From a virus: a stretch of 64,000 nt of DNA. Under the pieces are notes generated by a model. The model worked only from the letters and a program-made list of their open reading frames with translations, ran no database searches and had not been told where the DNA came from. The number at the start of each line of letters is the position of its first letter. Positions within the stretch are counted from its first letter, which is position 1. The stretch spans positions 32,852 to 96,851 of the IMG/VR virus record IMGVR_UViG_3300035698_022738; one strand, written 5' to 3'. A program made the position numbers and the translations under genes. Of this stretch, positions 1-10,397 are shown one piece after another.

Positions 1-677
1 CCGTAGCAACTCACACAGGAGTAGATGTAATCCATCAGCATTTGGGGACACAGGCTGCAATTGCGGCAGCTTTCACTTACGATGATAGTGCAGCAACCTA
101 CACAGATGTGACAGCTGCTTTTGCGGCAGCGGGCGTTGACGTTCAGTTGTTTGCTGAAGACGATGATCAGGTTTTGATAGCTTCTGCTGCGAAGTTCGAT
201 CAAGTAAATGTGCTGCTTGAGATTTTAGCCAGTGTCACTGTTAGTCCAACGTTCCATTTTATAGAGGATGACGGTGACTGGATAGCATACACCCCATCTG
301 ATGATACTAATGGATTTCAGCAAAATGGGTCCATTAGATGGGATAGCGATTCTTTAGCAACATGGGGACAGAGGACAGTAAACGAAGTGACAGGTGAAGC
401 TGGAGCAGTTGATTATTACTGGATCAAGATTACAAGAACCAGGAATATTGTTGCAACTCCTCCGACGGAAGATACTGTTAAGGTTACGGTAACTGGAACG
501 TTTCATGAATGGGATAGTGCGGGAAGATTGGCAATCAAAACATACAATCAAGCGGGAGAGCCGGACACAACAGACCTGCCTGCCAGCAAGTTTTGTTTTT
601 GGAGTGACACAGATGACTCCAAGCTATACCTTTGCTATAATCATGGTGGCACTATCAAGACGGTAGAAATGACATAA
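1..677 (+). CDS. Tail fibre/virion structural protein, C-terminal part (5' truncated by window)
   Basis: The frame is open from the window start. The product is beta-rich and T/D/G/W-rich and lies upstream of another fibre-like gene and the lysis genes. Confidence 0.55.
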   Translation, partial: VATHTGVDVIHQHLGTQAAIAAAFTYDDSAATYTDVTAAFAAAGVDVQLFAEDDDQVLIASAAKFDQVNVLLEILASVTVSPTFHFIEDDGDWIAYTPSDDTNGFQQNGSIRWDSDSLATWGQRTVNEVTGEAGAVDYYWIKITRTRNIVATPPTEDTVKVTVTGTFHEWDSAGRLAIKTYNQAGEPDTTDLPASKFCFWSDTDDSKLYLCYNHGGTIKTVEMT

Positions 678-695
678 TGCCGGAACAAGAGGTAA

Positions 696-1835
696 GTGAA
701 TATGGCACAGACTAAAATAACCGAGAGACTGATTGTAGAGGACCCAACGTGGCTAGGCGATCACACCTGGCAGCCGTCTGTAGATGGTGTGGTCTGGACT
801 ATCAACGACAATGCAGCCACTGAGCAATTGACATTTGATACTACTACTGGACAGTTGGCAGTGGCTACTGAGGGGGTGGCTGCTGGTTTATTGCTTGGTG
901 GGGATGCACTGTTGTACAGAAGTGCTGTCGATGTTTTATATACACCTGGTGATTTGTATGTCGCTGGTGGTGATTTGTATGTCGGAGCTGACCATACGCA
1001 AGTGGGTACAATAGAATTTTTTGGGTCCGCCGGGGGCTCAGATGTCGGCGGACGTGTGAAGAAGTACATGGCCGCTGACTATGACGGCACAGACGATCTT
1101 TGGTGGTCTGAAGTCTATCAAGACGATTACAGATGGCGTCTTGATGATACAGGCGTGAGAATGACGCTCACCTATCAAGGCCAATTGCAACTGCCAGTGC
1201 AAGGTGATACGGGTGGTCTTCTCATTGGCGAGGATGTTCATTTGTACAGAAGTGCGGCGGATGAGCTTACAACATCAGACCAGCTAAAGGTTACAAATGC
1301 AAGTTCTGGCGCAATTGAAATAGGCGCATCTATCGCTAATGTGGACTTGGATTCATATTCCCATTTGACTATCAATAATGCATTCACAGCCAGGCTTTCC
1401 ATAGTGTCGCCAGAGCAAGGCAACTGGGAAGGAGGCATTGTTATCACAAATGTGTATGCCGACAATGACATGAGGAATTGGGGCATTGGGCAAGCCTCAG
1501 TAGCATTTGGTGGTGCCTTGCACTTTGGTTATCTCAGGAACACAACTGGGGCAGCAGTCGATACATTTGCTTCTATGTCAAATGCGCTTGTTATAGATGA
1601 TAATAGTAGAGTTGCCGTTGGTCATACCGTCCCAGCAGCTATGCTGGACGTATTACAAACAGAAAATGCTGGTGGAATCCCTGTACTTGAGTTGGACCAA
1701 GATGATATATCTGAGGGCTTTATCAATTTTGTCGGAGAAAACAGAGGTAGCATTGATGAGACAGACTCAGCTGCTAGTGTCAGGGTAGAGTTGAATGGTA
1801 CAGTATACACCATAGCACTGTATGCTAACCAGTAA
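696..1835 (+). CDS. Tail fibre / receptor-binding-like protein
   Basis: 379 aa, Gly-rich beta-strand composition, with internal repeat GLL(L/I)GxDxxLYRSAxDxL present twice. Confidence 0.6.
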   Translation: MNMAQTKITERLIVEDPTWLGDHTWQPSVDGVVWTINDNAATEQLTFDTTTGQLAVATEGVAAGLLLGGDALLYRSAVDVLYTPGDLYVAGGDLYVGADHTQVGTIEFFGSAGGSDVGGRVKKYMAADYDGTDDLWWSEVYQDDYRWRLDDTGVRMTLTYQGQLQLPVQGDTGGLLIGEDVHLYRSAADELTTSDQLKVTNASSGAIEIGASIANVDLDSYSHLTINNAFTARLSIVSPEQGNWEGGIVITNVYADNDMRNWGIGQASVAFGGALHFGYLRNTTGAAVDTFASMSNALVIDDNSRVAVGHTVPAAMLDVLQTENAGGIPVLELDQDDISEGFINFVGENRGSIDETDSAASVRVELNGTVYTIALYANQ

Positions 1836-1856
1836 AAATAATATGTGAGGTAACAA

Positions 1857-1958
1857 GTGGCACAAACTAAAATGACAGCAAGACAGATAGTCGGCAATAG
1901 TACCAATGTGGCTTGTACTCCTGCGCCGGATGGAGCGGAGACCGTATTTACCATGTAG
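1857..1958 (+). pseudogene. 33-codon remnant paralogous to the N-terminus of the upstream fibre gene
   Basis: GAGGT SD, then VAQTKMTARQIV, versus MAQTKITERLIV in the 696 gene; early stop. Confidence 0.45.
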
Positions 1959-2004
1959 CAAAAAGAGACACCATGCTTGTTCAATACAGTTGTAAAAGGA
2001 GAGT

Positions 2005-2376
2005 ATGATTATGAAGATCACAGTAGGTACATTGGCAGAATCCAATGAGGCTTTGGGCTGGATGTCTGAGCAAAAGACATTGAAGTCCAAAGACAAATTT
2101 GCGCTCGCATTATTGCTTGTGCAAGTTAGTGGGTATTTGAAAGCTTTTGAAGAGACCAGACAGGCAGCGATTAACAATTACGGGGTGGTTGAAGGCGACA
2201 GGTTTCGTATCCTGCCCGAGAACCTTGAGGCGTTCACTACTGAGATGGGAGAACTGACATCACAGGAGTGTGAACTGCCAGACGTAAGTATAGACGTAGA
2301 ATCATTGATTGATGAGATGACCACGGCTCAGCTGGTCCAGTTGGATTGGTTGTTGATCAGGGATGAGAGTGAATGA
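2005..2376 (+). CDS. Conserved phage protein following tail fibre genes (DUF1617-like)
   Basis: Helical 123-aa protein with FEETRQAAINNYG...FTTEMGELT pattern; typical position after fibre genes. Confidence 0.45.
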   Translation: MIMKITVGTLAESNEALGWMSEQKTLKSKDKFALALLLVQVSGYLKAFEETRQAAINNYGVVEGDRFRILPENLEAFTTEMGELTSQECELPDVSIDVESLIDEMTTAQLVQLDWLLIRDESE

Positions 2377-2410
2377 AAATTTTATCTGCTTTGTACGAAA
2401 GGTGAGACCA

Positions 2411-2806
2411 ATGCCAGCACCCAGAGTTTTGATAGTTGATGACGATGATTCCGTTTTGCAGTATTTGAGTATGTGGTTCGAGCAGCAGGCTATTATGCAT
2501 GAGTGCGTTTCGAGTTGTGCGGATGCCCTAGGTTTGTTGGATGACCATGTTTACGATCTCATCCTCATGGATATCCGCATGCCGGAAGAAGATGGAATTT
2601 CTTGTCGAAAGACTATTCTATCATTGCATCCCTCTGCATGTATCCGGATGATCACAGGTTTTCCGGATGACGCTTTTGAGGCTGGCATACCTCCAGTCCA
2701 AGTTGTGCGAAAACCTTTCGAGAAGGGGCAATTGTTTGATATGTCTGTACTGGCCTCTCAAAGGTATAGACATCGGGTAGGGGGGAGGGTAGTGAACTGT
2801 GCGTAG
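2411..2806 (+). CDS. Stand-alone response regulator receiver (CheY-like) protein
   Basis: VLIVDDD, LILMDIRMPEEDG, MITG and KPF: all canonical receiver motifs are present. Confidence 0.9.
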   Translation: MPAPRVLIVDDDDSVLQYLSMWFEQQAIMHECVSSCADALGLLDDHVYDLILMDIRMPEEDGISCRKTILSLHPSACIRMITGFPDDAFEAGIPPVQVVRKPFEKGQLFDMSVLASQRYRHRVGGRVVNCA

Positions 2807-5144
2807 GCCTGGAATGTGGACCTCAAACGGTTGGAATGATCGAGTATCAGAAATGCTCTCATGGCGGCCTGGAAGTCTTATGGGATTCTACGCTTATCTT
2901 GGATTCAATGGAGTTGCAGAATACAAAGAGCAATACCCGGAAGCCAGGATAATGATCAGATTTCAGCACCCTACGAACTGGCACGAGAACCTGATTCAGA
3001 GCTCTCAGGATCATGCCAACAACATTGCGAGCAAGTGGCCTGATATCAAGTCTTTGGACCCAGATGTGATCATATGGAATGAGTTGAACCTGCACTATGA
3101 GAATGGGGACCCAAACGTAGGAAATCAGTGGAAGTATCAGACGCCAGAATGGTATGCCAAGGTCGCAGAGTGGACTCAGATGGTAGCTCTTGAGATCAAG
3201 GATGTCGTTCCAGGCATGCGTCTTGTGCTTCCACCTTTTGCGTTTGGTCATAGTGAGGATGGGTCTCCGGACAATACAGGAGTTCCAAAGGAAGGATGGG
3301 CTGGCTATGACTTTTTTGAGGAGCGAGGTTTGTTTTCCCTTTTTGACAACATCGTATGCATGCATCCCTACTGGGGGGATGCGGGGGGAGAAAAACTTGA
3401 TAGGCTGTACGATGAGGAACTGGCAAGCTGGTATGCGTTTAGATGGCAGCGTGTTTACAATCTTTGCAAATCTCGGTATGGAAAGGACGTAAGATTCTTG
3501 CTTGACGAGTGTGGGAACATGCAAGCCGGATCGGGAACCTTTACAGACCAGGTAGTCTACTATGCAACACGCTGCTTGAAAGACAAAAGAATTCTAGCAC
3601 TTGCCATGTTCCTCTGGTTTGACCCAACAGGATCGCTCGGAAATATCATGAACAGCTGGGTCAACAACATGGTCATCGGAGGCGATGAGTCCCGCCTTAC
3701 TCAGCATGTCGAAACATTAGCCAACATGCCAGACGTAGAAATTGAGGCACCTCCCCACGAGGGGGATAATTGCATTGATGATGAATTGGTGAGAGTCCAG
3801 ATGTCGGACTCTATTTGGGAGGGGACCGTAGAGGCAGCCCTCAAGCATATAATCCCTGCTGAGATCAATGTCCATGACAATCAATGGGCATGGCCTGATG
3901 AGGCAGTTAAGGCCAATGTTACAGAGCTCAGAACTTACATTGCCCACCGATTAGAACACCCCAGAGATGGTGGTACTCACTACGATCTACGAGTGAGCGA
4001 TGTTGCCTGGAAGGTGTCCCCCAAAGACGAGGAACTTAGACGGACCACGGCAGCTATTGAGGCTACTCGGGGGATGGTTGTTACCTCAAACGGGATGGTA
4101 GTAGAATACGAGTGTGTGAGTCAGTGCGGCAGAAGGGTAATCTGCAATGATCCAGAATGCGCTGTTGGGAACGGGTATGTGAATCCCGAGCACCCCGAGT
4201 ACGGTGGCCCAGTCTGGAACACTAGATTTTGTCAGGAGGGGAGCAAGGAATGGGCGGAAGAAGGAAAAGGTTGGGAGTGGATCGTTCTCCGGTATACGGA
4301 GGGCGTTTATGAAGATGTCAAATTAGAGAGGAGATGTGAAATGGCATTAAATCCAGGAGTACCTGCCTCTCAGCTGCCAGTGTTGACAATTGAAGAGGCA
4401 AATAGTGGAATCTTTGGAGTCCGGCTTGGCCCAGATACCCACAAGTGGTTGTGGGATGATAATGGGATTAAGAGTGGTGTCGTGCGAGTGGTCGATGCAA
4501 TTACGGCGCATAAGAAGTATGGTCATGATGATGTGATTGGGCCGGATGACCTTGTGTGGATTGTTGACCGCGCTAGAATTATCACTAGTGCCGCTGGTGG
4601 TGATAACCATTTTATCGCGTTCAGTTTCATTGATGAGCGTGGCATTCCTGTTTGGAATGTTCCGCTGTTCTCGGCGTGGCCCACTGATCGTCTCAAAAAC
4701 GCATCTTGGAATGCTGAGATGTGGGATGAGTATCGCCTTGACTATATGTCACCGCAGACAAACCAGTTTGCAATGGGTGGTGGGAATTTCGGCCCGACGA
4801 ACAACAGCGACGAAGTTGGACCGTACACGTTCATGGTTTTGGATGTTGACCCGACAAGTCCATACGCGCATCCATCTGAAGTTGCTGAAGGTTGGGGAAT
4901 GCCTGGAAACTGGCATATCCCTGGTGATTGCGCGTGGATGTTGGTCAAGGCAAGGGACGCATACCCATGGATGTTTGGGGGGCCAGACCCCGATCCAGAC
5001 CCCGATCCAGACCCAGACCCCGATCCAGACCCAGACCCTGATCCTGATCCAGGACCCTGTGAGTTTGAGAGAGCTACAGGCTGCTTGGTTGGAGTTATCG
5101 AGAATCTGACTGGGGCAGAGTATTACGTCGAAAAGGCCGGTTAG
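2799..5144 (+). CDS. Multidomain cell-wall hydrolase / endolysin candidate (glycoside-hydrolase-like N-terminus, SpoIID/LytB-like middle, PD linker)
   Basis: WNELN, MHPYW and LDECG resemble clan GH-A catalytic segments; IIPAEI..WPDEAVKA..RTY..AIEATRGMVV resembles SpoIID/LytB; directly upstream of a holin-like gene. Confidence 0.6.
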   Translation: MRRPGMWTSNGWNDRVSEMLSWRPGSLMGFYAYLGFNGVAEYKEQYPEARIMIRFQHPTNWHENLIQSSQDHANNIASKWPDIKSLDPDVIIWNELNLHYENGDPNVGNQWKYQTPEWYAKVAEWTQMVALEIKDVVPGMRLVLPPFAFGHSEDGSPDNTGVPKEGWAGYDFFEERGLFSLFDNIVCMHPYWGDAGGEKLDRLYDEELASWYAFRWQRVYNLCKSRYGKDVRFLLDECGNMQAGSGTFTDQVVYYATRCLKDKRILALAMFLWFDPTGSLGNIMNSWVNNMVIGGDESRLTQHVETLANMPDVEIEAPPHEGDNCIDDELVRVQMSDSIWEGTVEAALKHIIPAEINVHDNQWAWPDEAVKANVTELRTYIAHRLEHPRDGGTHYDLRVSDVAWKVSPKDEELRRTTAAIEATRGMVVTSNGMVVEYECVSQCGRRVICNDPECAVGNGYVNPEHPEYGGPVWNTRFCQEGSKEWAEEGKGWEWIVLRYTEGVYEDVKLERRCEMALNPGVPASQLPVLTIEEANSGIFGVRLGPDTHKWLWDDNGIKSGVVRVVDAITAHKKYGHDDVIGPDDLVWIVDRARIITSAAGGDNHFIAFSFIDERGIPVWNVPLFSAWPTDRLKNASWNAEMWDEYRLDYMSPQTNQFAMGGGNFGPTNNSDEVGPYTFMVLDVDPTSPYAHPSEVAEGWGMPGNWHIPGDCAWMLVKARDAYPWMFGGPDPDPDPDPDPDPDPDPDPDPDPGPCEFERATGCLVGVIENLTGAEYYVEKAG
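4984..5050 (+). repeat. Tandem hexamer repeat (CCnGAy) encoding a (PD)n linker
   Basis: ccagaccccgatccagac... encodes about 11 PD units. Confidence 0.95.
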
Positions 5145-5196
5145 ACTTGAGTAGCTCACATTGTGAGTCAAACGCAATAGCGAAAGGAACCAAAAA

Positions 5197-5610
5197 ATGA
5201 AGAAGTTCGTGATACCGTTCACAATCGTCTTGGTCACATTTGTGCTTGCTGGGGCGGCCTTCGCCCAGGATACCGTGGATTTTGTTCAGTTGCCGTCCGA
5301 GCAACTGAGTGGGATTTTGGTTTTGGCTGGAGTCCCTCTGGGAGCTGTGATATTCATTTTGATTGAGATGCTGAAATTGTTCGGTAAGGCAATCGGCACC
5401 GCATTCTTTGATACCACAGCCGTCTGGTGGAATTTGGTACTATCTATACTGGCCTTTGCCTTGGTCTTTGTCTGGCAACTCGGGTATCTTCCGGAGGGTA
5501 CCACACAGACCCTGGTTGCCATCTTCACGTTCCTGACAACGTTTGCGTCGGCAGCGGGTATCTACAATCTGACAGCGCAGTCTGGGGTATTCCCATCTCG
5601 TAAAGGATAA
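5197..5610 (+). CDS. Holin-like membrane protein
   Basis: Signal-like N-terminus plus three hydrophobic segments and a basic C-terminus; follows the lysin candidate. Confidence 0.6.
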   Translation: MKKFVIPFTIVLVTFVLAGAAFAQDTVDFVQLPSEQLSGILVLAGVPLGAVIFILIEMLKLFGKAIGTAFFDTTAVWWNLVLSILAFALVFVWQLGYLPEGTTQTLVAIFTFLTTFASAAGIYNLTAQSGVFPSRKG

Positions 5611-5623
5611 ATTGTTATAGCTC

Positions 5624-5669
5624 AAAAACTGCCTCGTTTTCGTTCTATGATACGAGGCAGTTTTTTTTT
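5624..5669 (+). terminator. Intrinsic (probably bidirectional) terminator
   Basis: aaaaactgcctcgt ... acgaggcagttttttttt perfect stem followed by a U-tract. Confidence 0.85.
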
Positions 5670-7037
5670 GTGGAGAAAATGCTTACATTTTTGGTTGGAG
5701 ATACCTACACAAAAATAGAGGACGCTAACCTTGCGGTCAGGTCGAAGATCAAAAAAGCTGTGTCGGCCAGACCCCAGGGTTTTCAGTATATGAAGAAGTT
5801 TAGGGATGGGTTTTGGGATGGCTATATCTCATTGCTCAAAGATAGCAGGTTCCCTACGGGACTCTTGCAACAAGTCACAGATGATCTGGATGAGTCCGGC
5901 ACTGAGTATCAAATATCGAGGGTATCTGAAACTCCCTGTCCTGATATGGATGCAATTGAAATCGAGGGATTTGATCTACGACCCTACCAAAGAGATGCGG
6001 TTGAAAAATCTCTAAGGGCCGGGCGTGGTGTTTTGGAAATGGCTACAAACTCCGGTAAGACTCTTGTTGCGGCCTCGATTATCCGAGCAACTGGTATGCA
6101 GGCCATTGTCATTGTACCCAATCGTACCCTGCTTTTTCAGACAGCGGAAAGTCTGTCTAAAATGCTTGGTGCTGAGATTGGGATGTTTGGTGGAAACCAC
6201 AAAGATTTCCTGCCTGTGACTGTGACTACAATGCAGTCACTAAAAAAGATGACAAAAACAGAGGATATATCCAGCAACCAAACTCTCATCATTGATGAAT
6301 GTCATCATACTCGGGCCGGACAGATTTTTGATACAATCTTCTCCGTTCCAGGTTATTTTAGATTTGGAATGTCTGGGACCCCCATCCGAGGTGATGACTT
6401 GAGCGACCTCAAGCTGATGGCAGCTACCGGAGGTGTAATCTGCTCAGTCTCCAACATGGACCTAATTGACAGTGATTTCTCGGAGATGCCTACGGTCTTT
6501 TTTCTCTCAGTCGAGGTGCCTAACCGTGGGGGTGAGACAGACTATCAAGAGGCCTATCGAGCGTGCATTGTCCGCAACCACGTCCGCAATGATTTGATTG
6601 TCTCAATTGCAGAGAGAGAGTCAAAGAGTCGGGGGCCTGTTCTGGTTCTGGTTGACTGGATTGAGCACCTTGATTCAATACGATCTCTCTACTCAGGGGA
6701 AGGAAACTGGCTGTTTTTGAATGGCTCTATGTCACAGGCTGAGATAGTTAGTGGCCTCGAAGAGTTTAGATCAGGGACGGTAGATGCCATGGTTGCCACT
6801 GATATATTTGGTGAGGGTATCGACGTGCCTGCAATTTGTACCGTTGTCATGGCAAGCGGGGGGAAAAGTCGTATCAAGGTCCTGCAAAGGATTGGTCGGG
6901 GTATGCGTAAAGGAAAAGAGTGCGAAGGTCTGCATGTGTATGATTTTTTGGATGATACCCACGACATATTGCTATCTCATTCCGCTCAGAGATATGAGGT
7001 TTACAAGGGAGAGGGATTTGCCATTAAAAGAGCCTGA
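5670..7037 (+). CDS. Superfamily 2 DNA helicase (UvsW-like)
   Basis: LRPYQ, ATNSGKT, IIDECHH, SGTP, GEGIDVP and QRIGRGMR motifs. Confidence 0.9.
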   Translation: MEKMLTFLVGDTYTKIEDANLAVRSKIKKAVSARPQGFQYMKKFRDGFWDGYISLLKDSRFPTGLLQQVTDDLDESGTEYQISRVSETPCPDMDAIEIEGFDLRPYQRDAVEKSLRAGRGVLEMATNSGKTLVAASIIRATGMQAIVIVPNRTLLFQTAESLSKMLGAEIGMFGGNHKDFLPVTVTTMQSLKKMTKTEDISSNQTLIIDECHHTRAGQIFDTIFSVPGYFRFGMSGTPIRGDDLSDLKLMAATGGVICSVSNMDLIDSDFSEMPTVFFLSVEVPNRGGETDYQEAYRACIVRNHVRNDLIVSIAERESKSRGPVLVLVDWIEHLDSIRSLYSGEGNWLFLNGSMSQAEIVSGLEEFRSGTVDAMVATDIFGEGIDVPAICTVVMASGGKSRIKVLQRIGRGMRKGKECEGLHVYDFLDDTHDILLSHSAQRYEVYKGEGFAIKRA

Positions 7038-7572
7038 TCTCGTTATACAATATAAGCAAGCATGCCGGGAGGTCCTGGGGGCCTCTGTCAGGGTTGCCAA
7101 AAAACACTTCGAGAAATTTAATCTTGTGGAAGGTAGCCTGGCTCGGGAAGGTGTCTCACCCAGGCACTTTGCATTTTCTGTCGTGAAATATTGGAGACCA
7201 TTCGTAGAATCAAAGGGTTGGCGAAGTCTCCCCATCAACATTTTCCTCGGGAAGAAAGCTCGTGACAGATACTTTGATGAGATCATCGAAAAGCCATATC
7301 TCAATCTGGGGTTCTCCGAGAAAACAAGAACTGAGTCCAATGTCCTGGCCGATGAGATATGCGTTGGTCGATATGTGATTGAGAGTTACATCTACTACGA
7401 TTTGGAAGTCAGCCCAGAAGAAGCCATAGGGAATTTGAGGCTTTCAGAGGACTGGCAATTTGCCATGGAACAAGGCCAGCGACCAGTTCAAAAAGCTGCT
7501 CGGGCTCTCTGCTCTTTGTACGGGATAGACAGCAAATCATCTAACTACAATCGATTGGCGGAGGATGCATGA
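7018..7572 (+). CDS. Hypothetical replication-module protein
   Basis: Likely TTG start after a GAGGG SD; couples to the flanking helicase genes. Confidence 0.6.
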   Translation: MPLKEPDLVIQYKQACREVLGASVRVAKKHFEKFNLVEGSLAREGVSPRHFAFSVVKYWRPFVESKGWRSLPINIFLGKKARDRYFDEIIEKPYLNLGFSEKTRTESNVLADEICVGRYVIESYIYYDLEVSPEEAIGNLRLSEDWQFAMEQGQRPVQKAARALCSLYGIDSKSSNYNRLAEDA

Positions 7573-8873
7573 AAGAGCAATATGGGTGGAGCCTTGAGTT
7601 CCGGCGCAGGATTATTGCCCTATGCCTCGATCCTACATGGTTCTCAAGTTTTGGTGTGTTAGTTATCAAACCAGAATTTTTTGATCTGGAAGAGGAGCGT
7701 GAAGTTGTCACAGAAATTATTGATTTTTACGAGAAATATCAAAGGGCTCCATATGAGGACGAGCTGCTGACAATATTCGATGGAGAGGACGATATATTTT
7801 CTGACCTTGTGGAAGAATGCTTTGACCTTCTGGAAGTGGGGGACCTTGAATTTGCCAAGGACAGCTCCCTGCAATTTGCTAAAGAGCAAGCCATGAAAAA
7901 TGCGATCCTTGCCTCTGCTGATGACATTAAGGGCGGGGACTTGTCAAAGCCAATTGAACGGGTCGAAGAGGCTATGCACGTCGGCTTGGATATCAATGAT
8001 CTTGGCCTGTCCCTGAAGGATGACAGGAGTTGGGCTTATGAGGAACGGTCAGACAACAAGATGATGACTGGCTGGCATTTGGTTGACATCATGCTTGAGG
8101 GAGGTCTTGGCCCAGGTGAATTGGGAGTTATCCTGGGGTCAACAAATGTTGGCAAGACCAGAGCTCTCATCAACATCGGAGTCGGGGCCTCTGGAATTGT
8201 AGGTAGGGCAACTGTTGGACATGTGACGTTGGAGTTGTCTGCTCGAAAAGTTGCCAAGAGGTATGCAGCTCGGACGGTCTTCCGGTGGATTGGTACAGAG
8301 GACCCCGATGAGTATTTGGATGAGTTCCACGAATCTACTGCGTTCAAGATGCCGGGGAACATTTACATAAAAGAGTTCCCAACTTCATCTGCCAGTGCGC
8401 GTGAGGTAGACATTTGGATAGAGCGTCTGAAGATGTCTGGGGTTGAACTTGATCTGCTCATCGTAGACTCTCCGGATGAGATGGCACATGAATCTATCGG
8501 AGAATATCGGCACAACATCGGCCATACGTTTAAGCTGCTTCGGGCCATTGGGATCAAGTGGGATATCCCCGTGTGGGTAGCTGCCCAGGGAACCAGAGAC
8601 AGCCTATCGAAAGAAGTCGTGACCCTCAAGGATATTGCTGAGAGCTTTGACAAGGCTCGGATAGCTGATGTTGTTCTGGCCCTATGCCAAACCGTTGCTG
8701 AAGAAGAAGATGAAAAGCTACGTTTGTTTGCGGCAAAGGTCAGGGACGGCGATAAGGGTTGGATGGTAGAATGTCATACTGACAGCGATAGTCATGCAAT
8801 AATTTCTGAGAGTTTTATAACCCGGTCTGAAATGGCAGAGCGGAAAAACGAAAGAATGCAGAGTAGGATGTAG
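7569..8873 (+). CDS. Replicative DnaB-like helicase
   Basis: GELGVILGSTNVGKT Walker A, VTLEL, LLIVD, WVAAQ, DIAESFDKARIAD and KVRDG. Confidence 0.9.
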   Translation: MKEQYGWSLEFRRRIIALCLDPTWFSSFGVLVIKPEFFDLEEEREVVTEIIDFYEKYQRAPYEDELLTIFDGEDDIFSDLVEECFDLLEVGDLEFAKDSSLQFAKEQAMKNAILASADDIKGGDLSKPIERVEEAMHVGLDINDLGLSLKDDRSWAYEERSDNKMMTGWHLVDIMLEGGLGPGELGVILGSTNVGKTRALINIGVGASGIVGRATVGHVTLELSARKVAKRYAARTVFRWIGTEDPDEYLDEFHESTAFKMPGNIYIKEFPTSSASAREVDIWIERLKMSGVELDLLIVDSPDEMAHESIGEYRHNIGHTFKLLRAIGIKWDIPVWVAAQGTRDSLSKEVVTLKDIAESFDKARIADVVLALCQTVAEEEDEKLRLFAAKVRDGDKGWMVECHTDSDSHAIISESFITRSEMAERKNERMQSRM

Positions 8874-9215
8874 AGGAGAGATATGAGAGACATTGCACTC
8901 AGGCCGATGGTAGGCAAAAAAGAGCTTGGAGTTGACGAGCTGGGAGAAGTCTCCAAACTTTACAGCTTGTGGCAAGGCCTCTGCAAGTACGAGAGGCTGA
9001 ACCATATGATACCATTTATCATCATTACATCAGATGATAATCCATACGTTGTAGAGTACAAAAATTTGTACCGTAAACTGCACCTGGCGGCGAAGCAAAA
9101 AACACAGATTGGCCGCTAAGGCCTGTTTCAATGTGTTCAGGTCATTTCATGCCTATAACAACAAAAAACGTCAGGAACGGGCCTCCAGGGGCCTTAGAAG
9201 GCAGGTAGGGGGTAT

Positions 9216-9656
9216 ATGATGGGGGAAAAGACGAAAGAAGGAACGAAAATGGCTCTCCATAAGGGTGACAGGGTGAGGATCATGGCGACTGTCGATTCTC
9301 AATACATTGGCTACTTGGAGATTCAGGAGCTTGCTAAGAGTGCAGAGAAATCAATTGTCGTGTGGCCGAATGACGCGAGCAACCTGGAAGAACTGAGAAA
9401 ATTGTGGTTGGAAAATCAGCCCAAAGTTGCTGTCAGAGAAATGCTCTCGAAGCCAGAGGTCGGGATTTTCCTTGGCTGGTCACGGAGAGCTGTTGGTCGG
9501 TATATCTCTGGCTACGATGGGGGAAATGGATTGAGTATACACAAGCTGTACCGAGTTGGGGTTGTGGCAATCCTGGATGGGACAATCAGGTATTTTATAC
9601 CTCGTTATGCTTTGCCGGATGATCTCATTCTTGTTGACCAAAGAGAGGAAACGTGA
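9216..9656 (+). CDS. Hypothetical protein
   Basis: ORF with SD; no recognisable motif. Confidence 0.55.
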   Translation: MMGEKTKEGTKMALHKGDRVRIMATVDSQYIGYLEIQELAKSAEKSIVVWPNDASNLEELRKLWLENQPKVAVREMLSKPEVGIFLGWSRRAVGRYISGYDGGNGLSIHKLYRVGVVAILDGTIRYFIPRYALPDDLILVDQREET

Positions 9657-9848
9657 TACCATTGAGTTGGATAGCAGCTTTCGATGTCTTCAGCGGCTGC
9701 ATCCCTTCCTCTTGCGGGGGACGGGGTACTGACAACATACCCTGTCCCTCGCTTTGATTCAGGGACAGCCCCAGAGAGACAATCTCCTGCGTTATATATC
9801 TAAGATGGGGGAAATTTCGATGAAACTTTACAGGAAAGGGGTCGTAAA

Positions 9849-10190
9849 ATGACGAAAAAATTTGATGCACGGATTCAAGGGGAACGAAAAACGATGTCAG
9901 TCAGAGAGTTCCGTAAGCTGGGTTTTCTGCAAGAGGTCAACCGCCAAATTCTGCACCCCATTGGTCTGGCTCTTGAGGTCAGGCTGTTGGAGGATGGGAC
10001 AGAGGAATTTGGCAGGATTTGGGACAGTCGGGATGACCCGGAAGGGTTTGCCTATGTGGATGGCCCCGATCAAGAAAAAGCCATCCCCTATTTGGAGCAT
10101 TGGGTACAACATGCTCGGGCTCGGGTTAAGAGATTTGGCTGGCTCATTCAGCCTGTCGGAGAAAAGATTGAGGTAAAGGATGAGGGATGA
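9849..10190 (+). CDS. Conserved hypothetical phage protein
   Basis: EFRKLGFLQEVNRQILHPIGLALEV...IWDSRDDPEG pattern; preceded by the phage promoter motif. Confidence 0.65.
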   Translation: MTKKFDARIQGERKTMSVREFRKLGFLQEVNRQILHPIGLALEVRLLEDGTEEFGRIWDSRDDPEGFAYVDGPDQEKAIPYLEHWVQHARARVKRFGWLIQPVGEKIEVKDEG

Positions 10191-10397
10191 CATGTTTCCA
10201 GGGATCGATCCCTTGATTGGTGGGGATTCTGCTTTGTACAGAAGCCACATTGCCTCAGCGATAGATATTCCTGAGTACAAATCCTATCTCTATTTGACTG
10301 AGTCTTGTTGGGTGCCATCCACAAAGACAATGCCCAACCGATGGATAAGGTTCTGGCACAAAGTCTTTTTTGGGTTCCGGTGGGAGGCACCAAAAGA

